Shown piece after piece: positions 31,547 to 42,637 of a DNA stretch of 52,960 nucleotides. Positions within the stretch are counted from its first letter, which is position 1. The number at the start of each line of letters is the position of its first letter. A model generated the notes under the pieces. The model worked only from the letters and a program-made list of their open reading frames with translations, did no database searches and had not been told where the DNA came from. The DNA is from Vezdaea acicularis. Lineage: Eukaryota. The DNA is taken from positions 1 to 52,960 of the forward strand of contig JAPEUI010000108.1 of NCBI GenBank assembly GCA_026025075.1, written 5' to 3'. A program made the translations under genes and the position numbers.

Positions 31547-32884
31547 CTACGTAAAATTGCTCGGCCTCGCGTCTGTGGACGGCGATCCCAGCAGTGTAGT
31601 GGAGCCAAGGTCCCATTCTCCCTCCTTATCAAGCCTCCAAGGCTCCGCCTCGTGCTCCTCATGCACCTCCCTGATCTCAACACTAAGCTGAGATCCCTCC
31701 AAATCAGCATTATCTGCAAATGGATTCGGGTTCCGAGAATTGAAACTCCCATTTTCCGCTCTAGTTTCATGCCCAGTCGGCTGAAGTTCAGCCCTTTCCA
31801 TTGCTTCCCACTCAGCCGCACTAAGCATAGGCTCATCCCTCTTCTTCCATTCCAGGTACTCCGCTTTCGTCATCCTCTTGGACCTTTCTTCACTGCGTTC
31901 CCTTCCTTTGCTCCGGCTTCTTGCATTCTTCCGGCGTTCTCTGAGCAATTCAACAGCCATGTCCTTTTGTACCTCATCCTTGATTAGGTTCAGCCCTACA
32001 AGTTTGTCATAGAGCAACGATGCCTCATGGCTAGCCTCCCTACTCCGACCCCTCTCCTGGTCCAGCCTGATGGTTGAAGCTTCATCCTTTTCTTTCGCGA
32101 CCTCTCGAGCTTTTCTGTCAATTGCCATGGTTCTCTGGTGTTCTTCTATCACTGCCTGAAACCGACGACGGCGGTCATACACGAGCCAAACGACACCAAA
32201 GATCGAGATTGCAAACCCAAGCGAAAGTGTGAGCCATATGACTGCCCAGGCTCTTGGACCAAATCCTTTCACCTGTTGCACCAGGACTACCAATGAGACG
32301 ACGGTTGAACATCCTGCCAGAGTAGCCGCACTGATGGACAGTACCCAGAAGCGGCGGTATTGCGTTGTCTTCTGCGCAAACTCGGCAGCACGGAAGTCAA
32401 TTTCCTCTCTAGGAGGCGCATTAGGGAATGCAACGCCCTTACGCCCACGTGGAACCTCTCCCCGCGCTTCAGCTTCAAGCCCGAGGTAAAAATCGCCATA
32501 TTCGGTCCCGGGGATTACGTTTGGGCCGTTCTTATTGGCTGCATAAGATATAAAGTCCGTACCGAGAGGGATAGAGTCTAGAGAGGCAGCCTTTACTACA
32601 GGTGCCTTAATCGCAGGAGGCCGATAGGAACTGCCAATTGATCGCAGAGGCGGGACATAGCTTCCCAAAGATGACGCAGTATTTGACCTTGCTATTGGAG
32701 GTACAGGTGGGAGCGGCTTGTATAGGGAGGATCGGAAGGACACCGAGGATTGTGAGTGGTGGCGGTCGCCGCCGTTGAGGGGAATATACATTGATGGATG
32801 GGCCATGTTGGCATCAACTGTAATGCATCTTCGGTCTTTTGTTTTCATGCTACGGGGCAAATATACCTTCGACGCGCCGGTCAT
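31547..32884 (-). CDS. Hypothetical two-TM membrane protein with charged coiled-coil tail
   Basis: 1.3-kb ORF with two hydrophobic segments (FWVLSISAATL...VVLV; AWAVIWLTL...VWLVY) followed by DRRRR. Start codon uncertain. Confidence 0.7.
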   Translation of the reverse strand: MTGASKVYLPRSMKTKDRRCITVDANMAHPSMYIPLNGGDRHHSQSSVSFRSSLYKPLPPVPPIARSNTASSLGSYVPPLRSIGSSYRPPAIKAPVVKAASLDSIPLGTDFISYAANKNGPNVIPGTEYGDFYLGLEAEARGEVPRGRKGVAFPNAPPREEIDFRAAEFAQKTTQYRRFWVLSISAATLAGCSTVVSLVVLVQQVKGFGPRAWAVIWLTLSLGFAISIFGVVWLVYDRRRRFQAVIEEHQRTMAIDRKAREVAKEKDEASTIRLDQERGRSREASHEASLLYDKLVGLNLIKDEVQKDMAVELLRERRKNARSRSKGRERSEERSKRMTKAEYLEWKKRDEPMLSAAEWEAMERAELQPTGHETRAENGSFNSRNPNPFADNADLEGSQLSVEIREVHEEHEAEPWRLDKEGEWDLGSTTLLGSPSTDARPSNFT

Positions 32885-33536
32885 AGTTGCATTCACTTCT
32901 TCGCATAGAGCGCATACTTCGAAAGCCCGTATTCACTATATACTCGTATTTACAACTTTAGTGGGAGGCACTTGAGCGACAGAAGTAGTCAAATTTGGTC
33001 ATGCCCATGGTAGGCTTCTTAGCGAGATGTCCATTTTCGCCAAAATAAGAATCCCATAGAGTGATGGAGGGGAAACGTTCGTTAGACCAGTCGTTGTGCA
33101 TCAGGAATTGGCGTCGGCAGTTCTCGAAAACTCGGCTCAGCAATCCGGACTGCATTCCGGACGACTCCGGGCTATGAAGAGCTGCGCAGCATGATATGTG
33201 GCTCCCAACAAGGTTGCAAAGGGAGTTCAGTTTCACCTGCCATTTCCATGTGAGGGAAAGGTTAAGCAATGCCATTACCAATCAATAATCAGCAAGACTT
33301 TGCAACGACTAGTCGTCATATGCAGAGCTTTCTAGCTGGCACGGAATCTTCCCGCTCTATCTCCGCTATCTGCGCTGGTACTTATGACGCAGTTTTCAGC
33401 GGCAGTGGCTTCGGAGGGGCTTCACGAGCTATAAACATGTTCTTTCCCCGTCCCACTTCATCAGTTGACAATTCTCACGACGCAGAGATAACATTGCCGA
33501 GTCACAGCAATCTTTCACATTCTTCAAACTCTCAAA

Positions 33537-34669
33537 ATGACTCGAGTCCTCCTCACAGGTGGCAGCGGCTTCATCGCGGCGCATGTCCTTGAACGTCTGC
33601 TAGAGCAGGGGTACACTCCCCTATTTGGTGGTTCTGGTAGACCAACACTGACAGCAACCAACTCATAGTCACTCTGTTGTTACCACCGTTCGAAGTCAAG
33701 CAAAGGCCGACAAGATTAGGGAGGCGCATCCCAAAATCCCAGCATCACGGCTCAGTTTCGCCATTGTGGAAGATATAGCGCAGCCAGACGCCTTCAGCGA
33801 GGCTGTGAAGTCTGATCCGCCTTTTGAAGCCGTGATCCATACTGCCTCGCCTTTTCATTACAACGTTACAGACGTTCAGAAACAGCTCCTAGATCCAGCA
33901 ATCATTGGAACCACCGGAATTCTAAAGAGTGTCAAGAAGAGCGCGCCCACAGTCAAGAGGGTTGTGATCACGTCATCTTTTGCTGCTATCATGGATAGCC
34001 CGAAGGGGACGTGGCCTGGTCACACATACTCGGAAAAAGATTGGAACCCAATAAGCCCCAAAGAAGCCACGCTAGATCCCTCCAATGGGTACAGAGGTAA
34101 TTATACACCAGCAATACTCCGATCAATTTGAGCCTCTCTAATCCAAGATAGCGAGCAAAACTTTCGCTGAGAAGGCAGCATGGGAATTCATCGAAAAGGA
34201 GAAGCCAAACTTCAGTCTTACAACAATGTGCCCACCGATGGTTTATGGGCCAGTGGCACACTACCTGAATTCCCTTGACTCCCTCAATACCTCGAATCAA
34301 CGGGCGCGTAGCTTAATGACCGGGGAATGGAAGGACGGTTGTCCTCCTACAGGCACTTTCCTCTGGACGGATGTTCGCGACCTCGCTCTGGCGCACGTTA
34401 AGGCCATGGAAACTCCTGAGGCTGGTGACAAGAGGTTCTTTGTCACTTCCGGGTATTTCTGTAATGATGATCTTGCCGAGATAATTAGGAAAAACTTCCC
34501 TGTTCTCGAGGACAAGTTACCTAAGAAGGGGGCGGGTGAAGGTGGAATGCCGTCCAAAATCTTCAAGTTTGACAATAGCAGGGTTCGTAACGAGCTTGGG
34601 ATCAAATTTAGATCACTGGAGGATTCAATCACGGATCTTGTGAAGTCCCTCCAAGCAATTGGTGCATGA
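33537..34669 (+). CDS. NAD(P)-dependent epimerase/dehydratase-family reductase (Gre2/Ari1-like); join(33537..33610,33669..34096,34152..34669)
   Basis: RVLLTGGSGFIA, VIHTASPF, RVVITSSFAAI, catalytic YRASK across intron 2, DVRDLALAHV. TATAAA at 33430. Confidence 0.95.
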
Positions 34670-34921
34670 TGGCTCGGACGAAGAAATTTTGAAGAAAGAC
34701 CTTCAAGAGTATATAATAAGCGGTTAACAAATAGATTAGATCTTAAATAGCTAGTTATAGAAGTAAAAGTAGGGAGTTATGAAGACATTTGTTTGCAGTA
34801 TTTGCACATGTGCGCAGGGTGACGTCGCTTGCGAAGATTCCGTATGCGACCAACATAAACCTAGGAAGCGTAACGAAGGATATCTTCCAGGTGTGTTTCT
34901 CCAACTTTGAAGAAACGAACG

Positions 34922-37084
34922 ATGAGAGCGCTTCATGCGCTGAGCCGAGCTTGTTTACGACAAGGAATATCTCACGCATTGAAAGCACCTGCACATCGGT
35001 CATCGAATAGGCTATTGACTTCAGGTCGGCCCCATGTCGTCAAGAGAAGCACACCCTTTCGGCGCCCAATAGCAGCTACTGTCCTGTTTGGGGTCCTGAG
35101 CCCGTTAGCTTTTGTTCAGCTGACCGAGGAGGAACATAAAGATGGTAGCACGACAGAAGAGCGAATGCTTCAACTCTCCCGCGACGAGATCCGGAAGAAA
35201 GTCCCAGATAGCTCACATGGAATATCGCGTCTTTTTCGGAGCATTTCCCTTGCCCTCGACCTATATATATGGGAACCGGTCTGTACTGTAGGGAGGTTTA
35301 TACATCTTGTCATCATATTTGCGCCAGTAATTCTTGCGGTCCCTGCAATCTGGCTCGGGACTAGGGACAAGAGTCGGAATAATGAGAAGAGCGGAACGAT
35401 ATGGTGGTACAGCTTCCTCGTCTCTTCAATGGAGAGGGCTGGACCTGCCTTCATTAAGGTGTGAAAGTACTCTCTCATCAACGCTGAAGTTTGAAGCAGA
35501 CGCTGACTCCCTGTGACAGCTTGGCCAGTGGGCTGCCTCACGGACAGATATCTTCTCCGTGCAAATGTGTAAGAAGATGTCAATTCTCCACAGCAATGCG
35601 CCTGCACATTCTCTCAGCCACACCAAGCGCGTTATAAGTGATGCTTTCGACGGTCGCCGATTTGAGGACATCTTCGAAGAGTTTGACGAAAAGCCTCTAG
35701 GAGTTGGCGCGATAGCGCAGGTATATAAGGCAAAGTTGAAACCCGAACTAGCATCCCTTCACCAGGATGAGGGATACGATGAGCCAAAAAGGCTTTCCCA
35801 GGCAGTCAAGCGTTCAGTCAATACACTGGTGAAAAGTACGCCACAACGCATTCCGTCGTCATACGTCGCTATCAAGGTCGCACATCCCAAAGTCGAGCGT
35901 TTAGTGCGGCGCGACCTCCGTATTATGGGGCTTTTTGCGAGTATCATAAACGCTATCCCTACAATGCACTGGCTCTCCTTCCCAGATGAAGTTGCGCAAT
36001 TCGGTGAGATGATGCGACTTCAACTCGACATGCGCATCGAAGCTGCGAACCTGACCATCTTCCGCAAAAACTTCAAGAATCGCCCTACAGCCTCGTTCCC
36101 ATATCCTTATAGCCAGTATACCACGCGCTCGATGCTAATCGAGGAGTTCGCGTCTGGCATCCCCCTCTCGGACTTCCTCGAAGACGGAGGCGGAGTTTTC
36201 CAACAAGAAATCGCGGATGAGGGTCTCGACTCTTTCCTGCATATGCTCTTGCTAGATAATTGGACTCACGCGGATCTACACTCTGGGAATATCATGGTCC
36301 GCTTCTACCAATCCAAGCGAGTTAGCGTGGCCGGCCACCTCCGCAAAGTGGAAGCCCTTCCAGCAGACTCTCGAGATGTCACGGAAGAGGTACTTGAGCA
36401 GCTAAGACCTCTCCGACATAAGCCCGACGAATGGGCTGCACAACTAGCGAAGATCGAGCGTGAAGGATATCGGCCTCAGCTCATCCTGATTGATGCAGGT
36501 CTTGTTACAGAGCTAAACGATGTGAACCGCACGAATTTCTTAGACCTATTCAAAGCCGTCGCAGAATTTGACGGATACAAAGCTGGAAACCTGATGGTCG
36601 AACGATGTCGGCAGCCAGACGCAGTCATTGACAAAGAGATCTTTGCCCTAAAGATGCAACATCTGGTACTAGGTATCAAGAGTAGGACTTTCGCGCTTGG
36701 AAATATTAAGATTGGCGATGTTCTAAGTGATGTGCTGGGGATGGTGAGAGAACATCATGTTCGCATGGAGGGTGATTTTGTGAATGTCGTAATTAGTATT
36801 CTACTATTAGAGGGCATCGGAAGGCAACTGGATCCTGATTTAGATCTCTTCAAGAGGTATGCTCCCCCAATCCTACCTTGACGAGCTTACCGCTGAATGG
36901 TATTCATAGCGCGCTTCCAATCCTTCGACAACTAGGCGCACAGAGTGGCGGCTCGATGCTCAAAACGGGTGACGTATCAATGCTCAAAATTTGGGCTGGC
37001 CTTGAGGCGCGAAGATTTTTGCAAGCCAGCGCGCAAGATGTTGAGAGATGTGTCAAGTATGATCTACTATCACCGAACATATAG
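34922..37084 (+). CDS. CQD1: Mitochondrial ABC1/UbiB atypical kinase, ADCK2/Cqd1 subfamily; join(34922..35458,35520..36856,36910..37084)
   Basis: AGPAFIK|LGQWAASRTDIF (KxGQ), GVGAIAQVYKA, VAIKV, HADLHSGNI, LIDAGL and LLLEGIGRQLDPDLDLF. Confidence 0.9.
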
Positions 37085-37426
37085 ATACCGGATCGCATTC
37101 GCTAGCATGGAAATTGGCGTTGAAGGTTATAAAGGGTACATGGGCTGCATCGCCGCAGCCTTCTTGGTGGGGTCATGATGACTGGGGGGTTTATTGGTCT
37201 ACTCTACAGTACTAAGCTAGGCATGTATAGATAGATAGAAAGCTCAGCAGGTATACAAAGCAAACTATTGAACAATATTCCGCAATATCAATACACGTGG
37301 CGGCAGTCGCGACCCAATAGCGCGCCATCCCTGCCGTCTCTTAAAGGGCATGCCAAGGCCGTCCTTACGAAACCAAAACATCGAACCCTAACCTCATGCC
37401 ACCCCCTTCCCACTCCCCTAAACGCC

Positions 37427-38885
37427 TCACTTTCCCTCTCTCTCCCTGACATTCTTTGTAGGGTTAACAATACCGCTCATCAACGCAGCCCCAAATCCCG
37501 CCTCCAGGGGCGCTAACTTAGCACCCCCTTGATACCGCCAAAGCCGGCTCAAATCCCTAACAGTCTTACCCTTTGCATCCTCAACGGCCGCTTTTGCCAC
37601 GCCAAGGAAGTTGATTTTCATGCCATTGGCATCGTTGTTCTTCCTAGGAGTCGCCATCATAGACTTCAAGCCCATGTCGTCCCCGACGTCTTGGGGCGGT
37701 TCGATGATGCTCTCCCGACGCATAGCGGTGGCCTCATCGACGTCGACAACTTCATCCAGGAATAAGCGTGTATTGGCCGTGCGGGATAGGGGGAACATGG
37801 TGTTCATGTAATGTTGGTTCATCAGGCTGCCAGCGGCGCCGGCGCGCATGAAGACGCGTCCGCAGTGTGTCTGCTCGGGAGTTTGCATCATGCTATTCAG
37901 CACGCCGAAGCGTGCAACCATGTCGCATTGATTGGTATAGTGCTCGATGTAGGGGACGTGTCGGCGTCCGCCCTCGCCATCTCGGGCACCGTGCTCTAAG
38001 CCAGATGCGCTGCCCTTCACATGGAGATTCTGGAGAGGGTTGTTGAAGTGGGCAGCTGCGGAGCCGAAGGTGAATATCTCGAGTTTGGCCATGACGTCTG
38101 TGGGGAGCTCGGCGAGCATGCGATCAAGCACGTTAGAGAGGCTTAAGGCGCCTTGGGAATGCGCAATGCATACAACTTTCGTGATGGTTGGATCGAGCAC
38201 GTACGCTTTGAGGTGCTCGTAGCTAGCGCGGGAGCAGTGGGTGGTCATATTGAGGGCGCGTTGGAGGACGCATTCTAACAGGTCGGCGATGAGGCCATAG
38301 CTACGGTTATGGATCCCCAAAATGGGGCGGCCGAAGGTCTCCGAGAGGCGGTCAACTTGGGCTTGTAGAGAGTTCGAGCTGGTAGTCCCCGTCAGCATAA
38401 GTCCAAATCCAGGGAGCGTATGGTCCATACCTGGTCATGCAGCCATTCATAAAGATCCAGCGCTCGTCAGATACGTGTCGATATTGCTCTAACATACTAT
38501 TTGAAGTATTTGAGCGCATATGTCGCGGACCCATCATGGGCAAGCACATAATTCCAATCACGCAAGCCATTGTCGTGGCAATCATTGTAGAGACTATGCC
38601 TGGTAGGACCAGAAAAGCAGGCACTGCAAGCAAGAGAAAAGTGGTCTCGAGAACCATTAGAGCCATGTGAAGTGACATGTCTCTCAAGTTGCTAGCATTT
38701 GGATATGTCTCGGCCTTAAGATCCATGGTGTTAAGAGGCATCATCATAAGGGGAAGGAAGAGCGCATTTCGCGCAAGAGTCTGGATATCATGATACATGA
38801 GAGATAGAGGTGAGTCGCGCGATTGTCGCAATGTTGAAGCTGCCAGACCATCGATCTGGGCGGGGGTGAAAGATACTCGACCCAT
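37427..38885 (-). CDS. Putative alpha/beta-hydrolase-fold membrane protein; complement(join(37427..38378,38431..38885))
   Basis: N-terminal TM pair, ERWIFMNG, TFGRPILGIHNRSYG, nucleophile elbow IAHSQG, LEIFTFGSAA and SRLWRY; 52-nt intron. Confidence 0.85.
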
Positions 38886-39364
38886 TTCGACTGTATTGGT
38901 TCGTCGTCTGGATGGAGACACGAACTGGCTGAAGAAAAGGCTTGGGGGACGTAGAAAGCTATGCGAACGGCCTCTCTCGTAGGAATAATTAAAGACAATA
39001 GATGGAAAAGTGAGATGGAAAATCGAGATGGGAAATATGGACAAGTATAACCTTGTCGGAAAACGGGTAATCAGGGCATTCAGGGGGGGTGCTTACCCCT
39101 AGTCTCTATTGAAGGTTCTCTTGATGCAAGGTCAAGCATTCTTAATCATCAACCTAATAAAGGTAGATTGAGTTCTTGCACGTTAGGCCCAGGTCTAGAT
39201 CATTGCAGTGATGTGACAAACAAGTGCTTGTACCAATAGAAGAAATACTATAAACTATCGTGGCTCTGTTGAATTCGCTAACATGATGAGGATATTTGGT
39301 CCATATGTCCGAAAAGTGTGAGAACATTTGGCAGGATTGCAAAAGCGTAGGGGATCGCAGCTTC

Positions 39365-40309
39365 TTACCAGGTGTAAGATTCCAGTACATTCCACTTGAG
39401 AGTGGCTCCATTGACAACAGTTTCCGCCTTTGGAGCTTCCATTCCTGGCTCACTTTCCCAGGTAAAATCGCAGGGCAAATTCCATTCGCCTTCATTAAAA
39501 GTCCTATGCCAAACGCCAAGTTTATCCGGCGAATTGACTGCAAGGTCAGTCCTTCTCTATGGCAACGCTGGGGTTCCTGCCCTTTGCATCAAACTCACCC
39601 TCTCTGAACCATTGCCATCTCTCGACGCTCACATCACCTCTTACTCTCAAGATCCCTTGGCAGAATTGACCAAGGCGAATAATCAAACCACTGACATGGG
39701 ATTCTTCCTCTTCAATTTTCATCACGATGCATTTGCGGACCGTGTCCGCGCCCACCAAAATTGCATCTAGATCCGTCCAAACCTCTTCGTAATCAGTCAT
39801 GACTCCTGTCTTTGGATTGGTCATTGATCCTTTCTCTAGAGTGTCCCCGTCTGGTAGCGGATACATGTCACCTTCATCTTGATCATGCTCTACCGTACGA
39901 GAATCGACCCAGTGATTCCATTTCGTGCGCGCCGGCTTCCCGTCCACCGCTGGCGAGGGAACAGATGAACCAGCGAATGCCCATTCTAGCACAGCATTAG
40001 GCGGTACAAGATCTAGATCCAGCGACGTTTGCTTTGACAGCTCATCATTGTCGCCAGTCACAACATCGCCAACTGCCTCGCTTGCCTTTTTTATCTCATG
40101 AGGTGCTTCGTCTATTAAGACTCTTAGATCAACATAGAAGCAGGTGCCGTTTTTCAGGCGAGAAGTGAGAACAAGCGTTGAGGTTGGTTCTTCAGGCTCA
40201 CTGGGAAGCTAAAGAGTTATTCTGTCAGTCAATCAGACGGACTGAGTGCAGCAACTTGTCCCCTCACCCAACGGATGTGTCGCCGCCGTGAGATGTTGCC
40301 GAATTCCAT
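39365..40309 (-). CDS. HRI1: Hri1-family protein; complement(join(39365..39537,39599..40208,40268..40309))
   Basis: ISRRRHIRW|LPSEPEEPTSTLVLTS...YVDLRV, LEWAFAG, WNHWVDSR, LEKGSMTNP...YEEVW, RLGQFCQG and VERW. The third exon ends LPC...WNVLESYTW*. Confidence 0.9.
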
Positions 40310-40767
40310 TTTTTGAGTGCCGGTCCTAGCAAAGCGAACGACGTTACATTCCCCAAAACACCATTCTTATCGGCGAACACTCATGTCCAGATTGCGATCC
40401 TTCAATAAACTTCGCCAAGTTTGCTTGGCATCGCCTGGGCATAAATATTTAATCGTCGATACGTATCGGGCCTCGGATCCTGATCACTTGAAATGATCCT
40501 AAAACCCCAGCGGTTGCGAGCAATATGTTCATGAGTGAGGTTGATGTAATATACAAAAGGCAGGAGGTCCTCCGACCCAGATATGATATCTGACAGCCAT
40601 ACAATACGATGAATGAGGATGATTTCCCTTCCCATCGTGACAAAAGTACTCCGTGACCCAATGCATCGCTCCAAGCAGTATAAGTCCATCCCAGTATAAT
40701 CCCATGCCCCATCTTCCTATGACATATCACTTGTATCCGACACGACCTCCCAAGTTCACAATTGATT

Positions 40768-41768
40768 TTAGCTCGTTGCTTTTTCCCGAGCGACTCCACC
40801 ACTCGCTCTCCACCAAACATCACCACCCCAACGCATCACGCGTTCGATCGCCGCGCTCGGTCTGTCCACTGCAGGTCGGACGTCGAGATAAAATACTGGC
40901 TCTCCGGTCGGTTCTGGCGGACCAGAATAATAATCGATTACGTAGCGTACTTCTCTGGGCTGGCCACTTGGCGTATGGCGCTGGACAAACCAGTCATGGC
41001 GATCGAAGGGGGGCTCGGTCCTGACTGATCAGTCCACTGACCATGATGTTCCATTAATGAATAGACTTACCCAAATTTAGATGGGTACATCCAGCCCATA
41101 ACTTGTAGCATGCTTGCCTTCGGAGTCATATCCTTCGGTCTGCCCATAAATCGCAGAAGTCGGGGCTGTGTGACAGCTTCGCGGTTGGCACCAAGGGTTG
41201 CGCCAGCCATAGATCCATACTCACCACGGGTACAGGCTTCCCAGCCAGCCTTGAGTCCAGGGGAGAATCTTCGTTCCCATTCAACAATCTCTCCCCAAGC
41301 GCCCTCATTAAGGAAATTATGGACGCTGACCATGGACTCTATAGCTGTTTCGTCGGTGTCATCATACCCTTTCCGCTTTAATGCGTTATACATCTGCTGT
41401 GGCGATGGATAGACCCAAACTCCCTCATCTTCTGCGGCTCCTTTTGGGATAGAGGAAAGCTCACGCTCTGTAGGAAGTTTAACCTTCTGTGCTGGAGCTT
41501 GCTCTTGAGACAGATTCGAGGGCATATAATTGAGCGGATTCAATCTCGACAAGGATGAACCCGCTACAGGTTCAGATGCCGGAGATCTCGAATCGGGAGG
41601 TGTATAAGGGCAAGAGCTGTCGGAGGCCGGTGTCATCGCATTTTTGGGGACCTGAGCCGCCGGTGTTGAAGCCGCATGCATTGGGCAGCCAGGCGGCGGC
41701 GAATCACCAGAGCAGCCCGAATCATGATGGGCTTTGGGCGCCTTGGTCTCTGCCCAGAACCAACCCAT
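40768..41768 (-). CDS. CYC3: Cytochrome c heme lyase (holocytochrome c synthase); complement(join(40768..41020,41071..41768))
   Basis: MGWFWA, CPM/CPY heme-regulatory motifs, [42 protein letters not shown] and FYLDVRPA. Confidence 0.95.
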
Positions 41769-42577
41769 TGATGGTCCTGATTATTTGAAGGCACCAAGAA
41801 TCGCTTAAAAGAGGCGGGGCTTTGCTGAAGTGTGTGAAGTGCCGTGTGTGGAAAAGAAAGGGATAGGAAAGAAAAGTGGTGATAAGGAGCGATCCGAGTT
41901 TTGAGTCGTCATCGAGTCGGAGCTGGCGGATTTTTCTCGCGATAGGCGAGGCCTAAAACAGTGGATAATCGCTGTAGGCTGATCTAACCACAAAACTTTG
42001 TATGAGGTCTAAAGAGAACTAGAATGCAAGGCAGGGATCATCAGAGCGAAGTGAATTTTCTTCATAGTGTATCATATTTTACTATGCGGTGGGCGCCAAC
42101 CATGTTGGCTTCTTTGGTCAGCCAGATTCGAACACGGATACGAGGTGAGCTCGTTGGCCCCGACTGCGATGGACTACGATCGTACATGTCCACGTCCACT
42201 ATCCCCAGATTATGGTCAACGGCAAAGGCGAAAAAGAAAAGATACATTCATTCTAACTGATCTAATGTTTATTGTAGGACATAGTATGTTTCATCACATG
42301 GATGCTCATCTATATGCTCGTCATTGGAATCTTTGAATAGCTAGATCAGGTTAGCGGCCGCCCCAAAGCTTGCCGGCAGTCGCACTGCAACAACGTTCGT
42401 CTATCAGACTGCGCCAACCGAGAGCTTCCCTGCAGAAGAGCCTCTGTTGATCTACGTTTGGTGTTCAACCCACCATACGCCACTCATCCGTTTTTTGTCG
42501 TTCCTTTCCTCTGAACTCCTCTTTAGTTGAGCCATTTTTCCACGTCTAACATTGTTCTCGAGACCATAACAGCCGTC

Positions 42578-42607
42578 ATGGAGGCCCTAGTGGCGTCACT
42601 CGTGTAG
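42578..42607 (+). promoter_or_regulatory. Candidate uORF (MEALVASLV*) in the TOR 5' leader
   Basis: GTCATGG strong context 60 nt upstream of the TOR ATG and in frame with it; stops at TAG 30 nt before the main ATG. Confidence 0.55.
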
Positions 42608-42637
42608 TACCAGCGAGAGCCTTAGAACACTCGCAAT

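Noticed and set aside
2970..37084. Genome-wide reassignment of TAG to a sense codon
   Set aside because: PEX30, PAM16, the ALEPGSVV protein and CQD1 end at TAG where I expect their families to end, and no conserved domain contains an internal TAG.
37384..37393. AACCCTAACC as a telomerase RNA template or interstitial telomere
   Set aside because: A single short match in a 340-nt convergent gap, too small for a fungal TER; expected in C-rich skewed DNA.
39546..39598. HRI1 ending at AIEKD as shown in the ORF track
   Set aside because: This is read-through into a canonical intron (39538..39598); the spliced third exon gives the expected Trp-containing terminus.
41023..41034. Perfect palindrome GACTGATCAGTC
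   Set aside because: It coincides with the CYC3 intron branch and acceptor region; several 12-bp palindromes are expected by chance in 53 kb.
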